A stretch of 64,000 nucleotides of DNA, from NCBI GenBank assembly GCA_951406725.2, contig OX597832.1:69750001-69814000 (forward strand), in the 5' to 3' direction. The notes beneath the pieces were generated by a model. The model did not search any database and was not told the origin of the DNA. It saw only the letters and a list, made by a program, of their open reading frames with translations. The position numbers and the translations under genes are program-made. This DNA is from Octopus vulgaris. Its lineage: Eukaryota. Positions 25,035 to 39,201 of the stretch are shown piece by piece (the stretch's first letter is position 1; each line of letters starts with the position of its first letter).

Positions 25035-27480
25035 TTCACTCCTTATACAGTGGTCTATACTGATTAGTCCTCTGCCACCATTTTTTCTTTCATATACATT
25101 ATGTTTACGTTTGCTTTAGGTTGTAGCGCCCCATGCAGCGTCATCAACTTTCTCGTCCTTCTATCCAATGTTGATATTTCCTCCTTAGTCCATTTGAGGA
25201 TGCACGCACTATATCTGACCATCGCAACAGCCCAGATATTCATTTCGGTAATTAAATTTTTGACATTCATGTTGGATTTCAACATCATCTCCACCCTTCT
25301 TTTGATACGCTTCGCTGACCTTGACTTTCATTTCTCTCTGTAAAATGTCAACTAGCTCCAAAATCCTATGGTCTCTCCTGAAGGTAACCGCAATCCACTG
25401 CGGGCTGCTTTCTTCCCTCTTTTCATATTAGGTACTGAGCATTTGGAAATCACAATGCCATACCGATGTCCCTACCACACGTCTAGACTGTTTTGGTTAG
25501 GGAATCTATCTGTTTTTCAAATTTCCCAAACAATTTCAGGCCATCCATAAACAGAGGATGGTTCAATGATGGGCCTGTCTTCCCACATCAGTAACCCATC
25601 TTAACTTTCCTAAGTGTCATTGTTATTTGTATTAGTACAACTACAAATCGTAACGGAGAAAATGAATCACCTTGGAAGATGTCCCTTTTAATATTAACTT
25701 CTCCAAGGAATGCATTACTTGACAACAATTTGGTTTTCCACTCTTTCATGCCGTGCATCAGAAAATTTGTGATGTTGTCAGCAACACCAAACATCTGCAG
25801 GCATTCAACGATCCAAGAATGAAACATCATATCATATGCATTCTTAAAGTGAATCCAAGCAATAGACATGTTTGTATTGTTTTCTAACAATGCCTCAATC
25901 CTAATTCCTGTTCGTTCCCTTGGTAGTATTTCTTCCTGTGCCAGGAAAGTGTATGTCTTTGCCCAACATATTCCAGTAAGTATCTTGCAGATTATATTTA
26001 CGCATGCTATGAGACAGTAGTTTCCCACAATATTCCTTTTTCTTTTATCTTTCATTATAAGTGTTGTCCTCCTACTCACCATTCATGCGATGACTGTACC
26101 TTTCTGGATACATTCAATTGGGCTGCTAGTCTTTCATGCACAACGTGGCATCTCTCTTCAGCCAAAAGCCATGAATTCCTTCTGATCCGGGGAATTTCCA
26201 GTTAGGCACTTTACCCACTTGTTCTTTCACATCAACTGTGCTTATGACAATATTCCTTTGTTTCTTTCCTCTTTGTAATTCTGTCTTGATAGTTCCTATC
26301 CACATTGCATCCCTTTTATGCACCACATTGTTTCCACATAGTCCGCTCCAGAACTCCTTGGATTTGTATCAGGAGCAACATTTTCCCCATTGTCTCCTTC
26401 TAATGTTCGGAAGAATTGCTTCAGGTTATTTTTGAACAATCTGTTCTCGAACCGCTTATTTCTGTTCACAAGTCTTCTGAACTTCTGGCTTTTTGCCATG
26501 ACCCTGTTTTAACTGCTCTGTTAATGCATCAAATCCGTTCTTCCATATTTTATATTTCTTCTATAAATTTTCGAGTCGGTCTTTTTCCGACTTTTCCAAT
26601 TACCTCGTAACCATTGCTCAATTTTCCCTAGGTTTTGTCTTGCCCGAATCATATCCCTTTCAATGCGTCGTTTCCAACAAGTTTCTTTTGCTCCACCATT
26701 TTTTGTTCTCTTGAGCTGTAATTTCTCCTCAACAATTAGTGTAATAACTCGGAAAACATTCCTTGTTTGTGTTATGTCCTCCGTCTGAATGTATAGTACG
26801 ACAGTATTTATCTTTTGTGTTACTTTATTTATCATACCGCTATCTCCCCTTCTCTATTCATGGGGCATTCATGAAATCGGTGAGTCGTCTTTGAATTTCA
26901 AGCAATTCTTTATCTAGTTGGTTCATTTCCCCTGCATGTCCACCAACCACAGTATCAGGGTTCACTGTATAACGTTCCTGTCCCTCATTCTTAACACCAT
27001 TTCCCTGTTCCTCCTGTCTTTTCTCTCTGCATTCAACTCTTACCTCTCTGTTTTTAATTCCGACCATTCGCAGTGTCTCTCAGACTCTCACTAATCCGAG
27101 ATATTTCTACTCTAGTTAAGTAACCTTTCCTCCTAATCACTCCCACTTGGTTCATTAGTTTATTTTCTGACATTGGACACGTCTTTTTCCATCCAAAATT
27201 TCAAGGTCCGTCGGCCTATTCCGCGATTTCTTTCCAGCTTTTCTCTTTCACGACATTCAATAAGTATATCGAACTCTTCCTTCGCCCACTTATGTCTGTT
27301 TTTGCGCACGCCGTCTATGTGATCTGCTGTGACATAACGATTGACCGAGGGCAGATCAATGTCCCTGATGCAGGCGGTTTCGGACGTGCCAGGCGTGAAC
27401 CCTTCGCCACGATCGGCTATAGCTCCATTCACGCCGTTAATTCGTTCATTGTTGTGTTACCTCATGGTTTCATGAGTCGT
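25035..27480 (-). mobile_element. R4/Dong-like (RLE-type) non-LTR retrotransposon relic, N-terminus through RT
   Basis: RHKWAKEE...; PNWKFPGSEGIHGFWLK; AWIHFKNAYDMMFHSWI; KRDIFQGDSFSPL; LDRRTRKLMTLHGALQPKANV; many stops and frameshifts; 27730-27815 duplicates 25035-25115. Confidence 0.88.
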
Positions 27481-29175
27481 TCGTGGGGTTCCCACGAGAG
27501 TTGTTATTGAGATACCATCTCTCACTTCCTCTCTTTATTTGTGTATACATATGCCATGTATGTACATACACATATATATGAATAACGTGCTTGCATTGAG
27601 TCACCTCCATAACCACAGTGATTATCATTATCACCATCGTTCTACCTATAGTGTTTAAAACTATTAATAATGATATGGGGCCCAGTATATTGCAGCAGAT
27701 CTTCATCACTATTTATCAAATACTCGGCAAGTGTTCACTCCTTATACAATGGTCTATACTGATTAGTTCTCTGCCACCCGTCTTTTCTTTTCATATACAG
27801 TCTGTTTACGTTTGCAGTTCACACTTAATACTGTCTTTTGCGCTCCCTGCATGGATGGTAATCCAGGGATAATTCTCAACTAATTTTTAGTTCCTTTACT
27901 GGTCATTTCAATGACTCCCACATTCGCTGGTCTTGAGATGTTATCTTTGCTCCAACTACTGTCATCATCTCCCCACCGTTCTCTTTTGGTTTTGTTTTCC
28001 GCTTAGGCAGTGACATTAGTAGAGGGGCCTTCCTTTTCAGAGGCAACTTTTTCCGTTGACCACCTTCTCTTATTGTATGGAAACAAAAATGATGATTTAA
28101 CTTTTTTTTCACAATTTTTGGTGCTTCTACAAATAATGAAAGAATACCAATTTGCAAAAGAAAAATATTTTATTCCACTGAAATAAATTAAAGCAAATTT
28201 CTTTCACACTGTGTGTGTGTGGTTGTATGTGTGAGTTGCGTGTGCGTGTGTTACGGGAGTGTGAGGGTGTGTGTGGATCGCTTTTCTTAATTCATTGTAC
28301 CCTTATCCTACACATTTTGTGTTAACGCGGTCTTCATCTGATTTTTACTCTTCCTTCCCCACTTTTTATTCCATTTAAACTAGCGAAATGACTGGAGAAA
28401 ACGACCAATCAACCAATCAAGCGACCGACCTTTATATCGTCAGCTATTATTGTGGAAAAATTCTTGCTTAACTACCAAAAAAATTTTTTAAAAGCGATAT
28501 CAGTAACTTTGGTGTGTACAAACAATGTAAGAGGGCCGTGAAAGCCTCGTATTATTATATCATCGCAAATATTGAACTAAATAAAATTGATCTTGAATAT
28601 TCGTTCCACCTAACCAAAGCTATAGAAGCATCATGTGTGAGTGTATATGCGTGTTTATGTGTGTGTGTGCGTGTGTGTGTATGTGTGTGTGTGTGTGTGT
28701 ACGATTAGATGAAGAAAAATCAAGATATAATTCACAAAGGATATCAATTCTACCTCTGTGTCCTATGACATCATGCATATCATGGTGATATATGGGACGT
28801 TGTCTGTTTAATTGAGTTTTTGGACAGCATTGTATAAGAACATTTATCTACATTTAAGCATGTGAAATGTTATATTTTAAAAAGATACTGCTATTCCTAT
28901 TGACGTTTTTATATTATTTTCTCCTTCGTTCACTTGCCTTATCACATTGCAAAGTAAATCTGCTTTCGAAATTCTAACTCCAAGTTTTACATTTTCATAT
29001 CAAATTATTATCCTTTCGCAACAGAAAAGAAAATATGACCTAATAGCGAACGTGTTGTGTTTAATGGTTGATATTAACTTACAGATTGTTTGAAAAGCCA
29101 GCAAAGCGAAGAGATTTATCACGTTAATGTTTGTAGAGTATAACAGATAGAAGCGTGATTAATATACACACACAT

Positions 29176-29246
<71 letters not shown>

Positions 29247-30226
29247 TATATATATATATATATACACACACATACATACATATACATACACACACACATA
29301 TCTATATGCTTTTATGTAGGCGTGTGCTCATGCTTATATATGGGCATATGTACTTATATATGGGCATATGTACGTCTACACATTTGCATTTAGACACACA
29401 CACACACATATGATATGTTGTGAATATGGAGTTGATTTCTAATACGGAGATTTGATGCGGACTTGCAAAGTTTGATGTTATTAGGTTGTCATGTCACTAT
29501 GTATTTCATATTATCGTCGATATTACGCTGTAATATATATAACGTATATAGTTTTGGCGCAGTTTTTTCCTTTCTTTTTGAAATGCTATCTGGTAAATAT
29601 TTGAAGGTGTAAACGATGCTATTGCTATTCAAGTAATAATTTATAGCTAACGTTCGCAATCATCGCTGGCTTCTACAGTCCACATTTAGAATGTGAGATA
29701 AATGGTTTTTATGTTCTATCTGTCAATCTGGCATCATCTCTGTTTGTATGTTAAGCAAGATTCCCAACTGGGAAGTGATTTTTCCATGTATTCACATCTA
29801 GCATCTATATTTCGGTTTTGTGTTTCGGACCATTTGTACCGAACATTTTCACTTATTTCATGGATCCAACAAATTGAATTCTTTCCCTCGCCTTTGTTTC
29901 GTGTTTTTGTGTTCGGAATTGCTTCTATATCCAATATTTATGCTTGTATATTTGATAAATGTATTTAGACCAAGGGCATAATACATTCTGCAGTTTGCTA
30001 AGAGCAAGAGAGAATGATATAAAATCTACTTAAAAACATATCGTTGATAATTAACTTTCATGTTGAATACTTCCCATGCATTTGTAATGATTCACGTTGT
30101 GTATGTGTGTCTGCGCGTGTGTGTCCGTCTGTGATTATGTGTGCGTGCTCAAACCCACACACATACATATGCGTATATTTATTTGCATTATGTATACGTT
30201 TGTATAGATAAATATATATAGATATA

Positions 30227-30280
<54 letters not shown>

Positions 30281-30382
30281 CTCGCACATATACATATATA
30301 TTATATATGTATATATATAAATACATATGTATGTATATAATTATGTATACATTTATACGCATATATATATAAATATACGCAC

Positions 30383-30414
<32 letters not shown>

Positions 30415-30773
30415 GCATGTATGTATCTATGCATGTATAGATGTATATATATGTATATCAACATATAATTGTATATATGCATGTGTCTAAATGTATAAGA
30501 GTGTGAATGTGTATGTGTGTGTGTGTTAGTAATTTAACAAAAGCACTTCCGTTGTATCTATGAGAACTAATTGGATGATTGAATAAGCAACATGCGAATG
30601 TAATGGAAAACAAGATTCAAAAGTGACTGCGTAGGCTTCAAGCTGCAATAGTAGTTGTAGCTGTGCAAGAATTAGCAGTCATAAATTCTAGTCAAATAAG
30701 GTGAGATTGGGCTGGGAAATATTAACACATTACAATTAAGTTAGGGTAGTATTGTTCCACTAACCACAACGTA

Positions 30774-30849
<76 letters not shown>

Positions 30850-30957
30850 CATAAATATATACATATGCATACATATATATATATATGTGTATGTATGTAT
30901 GGATGTGTGTATGTATGCATCTATATATATTTATATATATGTGTATATATATGTATA

Positions 30958-31085
<128 letters not shown>

Positions 31086-33677
31086 CATACTTAGATAGGT
31101 TTCGGCCACATCAGCCCCGGCTACACCTAACTTAATAGCACCACTTGGAAAAGACATTTAGTAATGTATTTTATGTATAGTTACTTTTAGGCACCATTGC
31201 CCATGCGATTAAAGAGTTGTTGTTTGCAGCAGTATATCCGGGTGTAGGTGGTTTATCTGGAGTTTGTTGGAGATATTCATCCAGGAACTTTCTGAAGGTT
31301 ATGAAATATTTTTTTCTCCTTTATATGTTTTGGAATGATGTTAAAAAGAGCAGGTCCAGTTGAGAAGAAGTGGTTCTGTCTTAGTCTTGTGATGTGCTAA
31401 GAGCACGATTTCTGTAGAGGAGTCACGGCACGGGGACCAAGCCTTGTCTGGATTTTAAAAGTGATACCAATATCATTCGGGCAATACTGACGGAACAATT
31501 TCCACATCATACAAATAATATAGCACTATCGGCGGCACTGGAGAGTATACAGTTTGAGATTCATGAGTCGAACCCAGTAATTAAGACCAGACATACCATC
31601 AATTCTTTTTGCAATTGATCTCTGGGGTGCTTCAAGCTTTTTAATATTCTGGCTCGTGTAAGGAGACCATAGCGGACAACAGTATTCAAGATAAGGGAAG
31701 GCGAAGGTAGAAAAAAGAAGGATAATGGTTGGAGCATCTCTAGACTGAAAATTTCCGAGGATCCTGGAACAAGACCTGCGGGCCATGCCGACTTTCTTGT
31801 TTATCTGGACACTATAAATTAAGTTATCGTCGACAGTCACACCGAGGTCCGTAACGGTGTTTGATGCCGTGAGGTGTTCGCCTGAAGGAAGAATATATGG
31901 TTGTTTAAGTGCAGCCTCTTTACCAAAGTGGATTAACTCAAACTTCTTCTTGTTTAGTTGCATGTTATGTTTTTGTGCCTATTGGATATCTGCAACTAGG
32001 TCCGATTGAAAATTTGTCCGGTCTCCCATCCTGTTGACAACCTTCAGAAGCTTAGAGTCATCGGCGAAAATTTTTACATTACTGCATTTAATGACTCTGA
32101 TGATGTCATTTATGTAGATAAAGAACAGGAGGGGGCCTAACACAGTACCTTGTGGGACACCACTGATGACTTTTGTTATACTTCATTGAACACCATTAAT
32201 CACCAAATGCTGCGTTCTGTTCACCAGAAAGGAATTATGCTCTTTAGAAGCTTCCCTTGCACTCCAATGCTGGGGAGTTTTTTTTAACAAGATTTTGTGG
32301 TCAACCTTGTCAAAGGTCTTGATGAATTGAAGATATATGACATCTTCATTGGATCCCTCACCCAAGGCCTTTAGGATATTGTCGAAATGATGCAGGAGCT
32401 GCCATTGCAGAAACCTTGCTGGTTGGGAATTAGCAGCTTGTTGCTTTCCAGGAAGTGAGTCACTCTAGATCGCACCATTCTCTCAATTTGAGGTAAGAAT
32501 TAAGGGAGATAGGTCGGTAATTCACTGCCTGGGACTTACTGCCTTTTTTTAAGACTGGAACGATCGACTGAGAAAGGAAACCATCGGGAATATGGCAAGC
32601 GTCTAGTGATTTCCTCCAGAGAATGGCTAAGGAGAATGCGAGGTGGTGACGGCATTCGTTCAGGACTTTAGCGGGGAATCTGTCAGGACCTGCAGCTGAG
32701 TTGTTTGTAATTTTACTTCTAGCTACTATCATATCTGGAACACCAAATTATATATCACACAGCGTATACTCAGGGCTTGATTCATCAATACTGTTCAGAT
32801 TAATCATATCCGGATTGCTAAAAGCAGAGCAGTATTGCTTTTGCAGAACCTCGACCATGTCCTCTGTACCACTTTGCAGTGTGTTGTTTTCATCAATGAG
32901 AGGTCCAATAGATGAGACTACAACCTTAAGCTTTTTAGCGCCTGAGAAGAATACTTTCGGATTGGCTTATATTTTATCAATGGCCCATTTTTCTTCTGCT
33001 TTCCTTTGATCGACAATACCATTTTTTCAAACAGTTCTGGAGATGGTGTTTCCTTGATTCTAACGAGAATCAAGGAAACACCATGTGGGAATGTTGCAGC
33101 TGGCAATATTTTAGCCGGTGGATTTTTTTATTCGTTCTCTTTATCTTCCATATGAGTGATTTTCTGGGATGTGTTAGTTCGTAGTTTGTCTTGTTCATGG
33201 ACCGTAGCGGGGGTTTTGTGTAGACATATATTTGCGACAATGTCCATAAATAGCTGATATGATGAATCAATGCTTTCAGGAGTGAAGGAGTCTGCGAAAG
33301 ACCAATCAATGAGTGAGAGTTCATGGTTGATTGCAGGCCAGTTACCTTTGTGAAGATCCATGAAATCGAAGGGGTGTGAGGGATTGAGATCACTCGGATA
33401 CACTATTGACTGCCAGAATCTTAGGCGACAGAGAACCATATCGTGGTCAGAAAGAAGAGTTTTTCCATTGTAATATCGTAGATATTGTTTGTGTGGTTGC
33501 TTAGCACTAAGTCCAGAATTTTCTTGTTGAATCTCGTTAGCACGAGCATGAGTTGTGACAGGAAAAATTCATCCATGAATTGAAATAGCGATTCTACTGC
33601 GGTTATGTTGGTTGCTTCTACTGCTTCAAATGGATATTCTCCAGTTTCCTGAGCTGTTGGGGAAATTCGTGCCATTA

Positions 33678-33935
33678 CATTATTCATATTATTTACATTT
33701 GAAGGATATTTGTCCTCATCTTGTTTGTTGTTAACACAACGTTTCGGCCTATATACACTCCAGCCTTCATCAGGTGTCTTGGGTAAACTTCGAACCTGGG
33801 TTCTTATTCCTAAGGCTGGAGGGTATATCAGTCGAAACGTTGTGTTAACAACAAACAAGATGAGGACAAATATCCGTCAAATGTAAATAATGTAAGTAAT
33901 GTACATAATTCATCATCTCTTAAATATAGAACTGT
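33678..33935. mobile_element. Short fold-back HHR-bearing element inserted in the LINE, with a 12-bp target-site duplication
   Basis: Inverted arms ~33686-33768 and ~33812-33900; TSD TTCGTGCCATTA (33666-33677) and TTCGTACCATTA (33936-33947). Confidence 0.8.
33733..33778 (-). ncRNA. Type I hammerhead motif, canonical core
   Basis: Reverse complement GACAC-CTGATGA-A-GGCTGG...GGCC-GAAAC-GTT-GTGTT. Confidence 0.72.
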
Positions 33936-35665
33936 TTCGTACCATTAGTTTTGTTTTTGATTTTGTTTTTGTTTGTGATCACGTTGGGAGTGTGCTTGTA
34001 ACCAAAATTGTGGGTCAGGTGTGCACCGATGCTGCTGCAACAGGGTGGATATTTCTGGAGTAGATTTTGGTGATGGCTGGGAGTATTATTTTTCATGGTA
34101 CGTCAAGTCCTAGAGAGATGTATAAACTTCCAATCTTGCTGTAAACATATTCTCTTATGCTGGGAGTAACGGCAGATTTTAGGGTTACGATTTCTTGATT
34201 TTGGAGGATGTAGAAAGGGAATTGTGGGGGTAGTTTCTGTTGCTTGAGCGTTTTGTTCCTGGAAGATTAGTGAAATTACAGTCACGGTTCGTACATAGCC
34301 TTTTGCGTTGGGAGCGATGGCATATTTTTGGACAGAGATTTTAACTTGTGATTGTTATAGAGGGGAGTGGATTGTAAATAGTTTGAGATTTAGATTTGTT
34401 TGACTTTAATGATAACAGGGTAGTGGAGACTGGAGAGGGGGACAAGGAGCAGGGGTTTATTTTGTACACTGGCCGACATAGTAGTAGTAGCAATGATACT
34501 TGCGTTTGTTAGTGGAGCTGTGGTGCTGGGATAGGGGGAAGTAGGAATGGTTAGAATGGAATGTTTGACTTTGACCACTAAGAGTAGTAGCAGTACTAAG
34601 AGGAAGAGGAGGAGGAGGAGAATGTGAAGAAGGGGAAGAAGTGTAGGGGGGGGTAGGAGTAGAAGGTGGAAATTGTGATGATGACAATGACGACGATGAC
34701 GATGATGGTAGTGAGTCTATTGTGGTAAGGTGGACATGATCTTGTTGTTGCTCTTTTAGCTACTGATGTGATTGCTGTAGTTGTTGTTGTTGTACCTCAT
34801 GTGCTGTGGTAGAAAAAATTCGAGCTGGTTTATCCACGTGCTTACTCACGGGTCGATACGAAGTAGAGATATGCTTCAGTTTATTCTCTATTTGTCTCGC
34901 CTTTCGGTTATTAAAGAGATGAACAACTCTTTTAGCAATGGGATTGAACTCTGAGGCATGTATGTTATCAGTTTGAAAGAGAACGAACCAGGTGTTAATG
35001 AGAGTATCTACTTCAATATCCGACCAGCTGCGATTTTTAAAAACGTGTTGTGTTGGCATTTTTGTTTTTTTGTTTTTGTTACTGTTGATGTTGCTGTTGT
35101 GAGCTACTTATGATTGTTTTTCAGTGTCTTGGTCACTTATCCAAGGTGTTTGTGCAAACAGAAAATATAGGTAACAATAAATGTAGGTAATAAATATAGA
35201 TAATAATATCAAATACGGATAGAAATAAACAAAATCTTCAAAATATAAACTTCTGTGGTTTATTGAACGGTAGTAGACAATGTTACTCGTATAAATTATA
35301 ATGTTGAAATAATGTGAAATATTGTGTGTGCGTGTTAATAGGAATATTGTGTACTTACGAATAATAATTATTATTATCGTTATAGTATTATATATTTTAT
35401 AATACGTGCTCACAGTACGAAAACTTAGGGCTTTTGTCGTTTTCGAGAAGAAAGAATTTTCAATTGAGATTCAGATGAATTATGCTGAGGCACCAAAGAT
35501 TAGTGCGAAATTATCCGTACAGTTTCAAAATAAGGCGAATAAAATCAAAATAAGCAGCAGGATGTCCAGAGGTGATGCAGTACGATCGTTTCAAGTGACT
35601 CCATTTAATTGAACAATGCAATCCTGCTCGTTTTGATTTTTATTCCCTCTCTCTCTCTGTATATG

Positions 35666-35699
<34 letters not shown>

Positions 35700-35711
<12 letters not shown>

Positions 35712-36075
35712 AAATATTAGCGAATAAATCCAGATTTAGGATTGAATCCAATTTTATAGTAAAATATCATATTATATTAAATTAGAGACAAAACCACTAT
35801 TATGCAAATCAAACAAAGAAAGACTTAAGCAAATACATAAAATAAATTATATAAATTTAGAAATTTAACAATTATAAATAACCACTACGATCGTTTCATG
35901 TCTTATTTCAGCACATCTTTGAAACATTCTTCAGGTGGTTTCAAACCTTCTTGGCGAGTTTTAATTATTTATAATTGTTAAATTTCTAAATTTATATAAA
36001 TTATTTTATGTATTGGCTTAAGTCTTTCTTTGTTTGATTTGCATAATAGTGGTTTTGTCTCTAATTTAATATAAT
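35700..36075. mobile_element. Fold-back PLE-type terminal fragment in (TA)n
   Basis: ~35773-35880 is the reverse complement of ~35960-36075, with an HHR in the spacer. Confidence 0.75.
35881..35939 (-). ncRNA. Type I hammerhead motif, canonical core (best-formed in the window)
   Basis: Reverse complement ACCAC-CTGAAGA-ATGT...ACAT-GAAA-CGATCG-TA-GTGGT; perfect stem I, palindromic stem III, GUA site. Confidence 0.82.
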
Positions 36076-36329
36076 ATATATATATATATTTACAGATATA
36101 CATTCGTATATATACATACATATTATACGTATATGCATATGCATATGTGGGCACAGGACGTCACAAAACGTAAACAACATAAAATGCGAAAACATGAAAT
36201 ACGAAATACGAATGCATGGAATATAAACTTTTTTTGCGAACAACGAAAGAAACAAAAACAAGCAAGATGAAGAACAACCCTTCATTAGTTGTCCGATGTT
36301 TTTCTAATCCGCACTTTGAGCAATTTACG

Positions 36330-36422
<93 letters not shown>

Positions 36423-36774
36423 CGACGGAGAAAGAGTGAAAAAGAGAAAGAAGTAAAGGGCAATAAACCCATGAAGATCGATGGTCAGTACGTTGCTTAA
36501 ATAATTAAAACATTTCACGGTAATAATAACGAAGTAGTTATATCTGTTATAATCTTCCTCTCACACATTGGAAGTGTATAAAGTGACTCTTTGCAGAATA
36601 TAAGGAAGAAGGCAGTTTGTAAATGCTGCCTCGGAAGCTGTATCGGGTAAATATTAAGCGGTAAAACTTATGGTAGTCACTGACAAGCGGGTATATCATG
36701 GAAACATGTAGCACGATTTCATATTTTGTTTTCATTGCGTATAGTGTTGCGAACAGACACGGGCTCCATCGTGT

Positions 36775-36975
36775 CCTCCTTATCATTGATCCAGGAGGAC
36801 AGCTGATGAAAGAGACAGCGTCAGGACCACTGAGCTGGTACTCATTTTCAACTTCGTAGATTGACACAACATGAAAGGAACAGCTTTGATTAAAGACACG
36901 ATGCATCACTCAATCTAGGGATTGAACCCACAACCATATGATCGCTTGCCTCATACTCCAATCACTAAACCAGGT
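36775..36975 (-). mobile_element. Degenerate tRNA-derived SINE
   Basis: Reverse complement TGGTTTAGTGATT (A box), GGGTTCAATCCC (B box), then GTGTCTTTAATCAAAGC. Confidence 0.55.
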
Positions 36976-38651
36976 GATTTGACGTGAAGGTGGTGTAATT
37001 GATATATGATCAAATATTGCATTTAGACTGATATCATTGTTTATTTTTTAACTTTGAAAGAGAATATATCTGATGGTATTTCTGTATCGATGTTACCTCT
37101 GACCTGTACTTTGCTGTAATTCATTTTCAACAAATTCAATAAGGACTAAAACCTGCTCAGCGCAACGCAGATGTGGATAACTCAATTCTGGGCTCAGGTA
37201 TTTCTTCAAATGATTTGAACTGGGCCTCAGTCGGTCAAATATTGAGCATGTTTCAACATATCGATGCCCAGAGCATAGCAAGGATTTTTTTTTTAATGAT
37301 TGGCAGTTACACATAGATGCAAGTTTCTCTTCTTCATGCCTTGAATGTTTATCAAAAGAAAACGAAACCGCTCGTGTTAATCGATACAAACTGGTGTATG
37401 TAATGTCGTAGGTGTTGCTGTCATAACGCAAAGGGACGGGACGCACATGTCGATCCTCCAATAATTACGTCAGACAACAGCTGTGGATTGCAATATTTTT
37501 AGCGAACCCCCAATATTGAAGGCAACAGTGACCTCTACAGAATATGAACACAATGTAAAAGAATCGGAACTAATACAGCAACGCATTTTATTCAACATTT
37601 AGATATTCCTTGATAAAATTATATGTGGGAAGGCTTTGAATTTGTAGAACATTATAAAGCGATGTGTAATACGACATTGATAGAAATAGTTAAGCAACGA
37701 AAATCAATATAAGGTTTTCCTAAAGACCTACGACAGACCAAAGTATAAACATTAACCATAAAATCGCTACAAGAGTAAAGGAATATAAATTAGGCCATCG
37801 CCGACGAATGGGAAACGGCTGCAAGCGTCAATAAAATGAGAATATTGGAAATAATCTTTGCATCAGTCCCATTTTTTGGAAAGGAAAATAGCTGCCGCTT
37901 CATAACATCTCGCGTGGGAATATTTAAACCTTGTTGTCCAATGGTAAACAAACATTCAGAGAAAGATTGAACGTAAAAGAGGAAATGCCTCTAATCTTAA
38001 TGAAGTCGAGAATGAAAATATTTAAATGAAGTGTTATACAAATACTACAGAAATATATGGCCAAAGAAATTGAAAGAGGGCTTTAACGAAGAGTTGTTTG
38101 ATAAGTTGCACGTCGTTTGTCATTACGAAAACGAAAACATATTTGTGTTGCAAAAACAAAGAGTTTGACTCTCACTTAATACGATTTTATCATAGTTATA
38201 AAAACAAAATGAATGCGGCCGCGCTAAAATCAAGCGACATGGAAGTTATTTAGTAAAAGATACATGGATCATCAGTGTAACAGCCTTAAATACAAGAAAT
38301 ATATATGAAAAAGGAACAATTCTAGGAATAAATAACAACACCTGAGCTTGAAGTCTAGAACCGTTTAGGAAATCGGAAATAATAATATTCCAAAGTAGTT
38401 GCAAAAAGAGAAACGCGCGAAAGTATTCAACGCCATACTATTTTAAAAGTGAGATGAATATTAGATAAAATGTGCGCTACAATAAGCCGGCCAGCCCACG
38501 ATCTCAAAAGAGGCTTCGTATATGCATGTATACATGCATAAAAATATGTACCAAAGTGTGTGTGCGTACATGCACGTACTAACAAAAAATGTTATGCATA
38601 TATACAGCTGTATGTGTAAACATGCACTTACATATAGCTATATATGTATGC

Positions 38652-38698
<47 letters not shown>

Positions 38699-38704
<6 letters not shown>

Positions 38705-38958
38705 AATATGTTACATTACTCGATAGTCAAGATAAAACTCTGAGTTTCAGATGCCGAAGTGGGAATCCACGATATCTCTTCGGTTATCTGGCTATTTGAA
38801 AACGCTATGAAAAATTTAAAAATTTTTTTAAAAAGGGGTATTTTTCATAGCGTTTTCAAATAGCCAGATAACCGAAGAGATGTCGTGGATTCTCACTTCG
38901 GCATCTGAAACTCAGAGTTTTATCTTGACTATCGAGTAATGTAACATATTATTGTATA
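38699..38958. mobile_element. Fold-back element (~115-bp arms) with an HHR in each arm, in (TA)n
   Basis: 38699-38813 is the near-perfect reverse complement of 38841-38957. Confidence 0.85.
38866..38925 (+). ncRNA. Type I hammerhead motif, U4C core (second copy on minus strand at 38730-38789)
   Basis: AGATAA-CCGAAGA-GATGTCG...CGGCATC-T-GAAAC-tcaga-GTT-TTATCT. Confidence 0.68.
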
Positions 38959-39023
38959 GATAAATTTCCTCTATTTACATAATATTGAGGTCTCTTTCTT
39001 TCTTTTGTTATCTTACCGTTTTA

Positions 39024-39099
<76 letters not shown>

Positions 39100-39201
39100 G
39101 GAGTAAACACATAAATGTGAAACAAGGTGGAAAAAAGAGTACTCGAATACCAGAGGTAGAGTAATATGATTTATTTAAAAGCAGCAGAAATTTAACAAAA
39201 G

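Noticed and set aside
29700-30000. Complex-sequence ORFs on both strands
   Set aside because: No splice or domain support; probably a very decayed RLE-LINE fragment, too weak to call
31090-31125. Minus-strand CTGATGT-GGCC-GAAAC resembling a hammerhead
   Set aside because: A9 is absent, there is no room for a stem II loop and no stem I; better explained as the LINE 3'-terminal sequence before its tail
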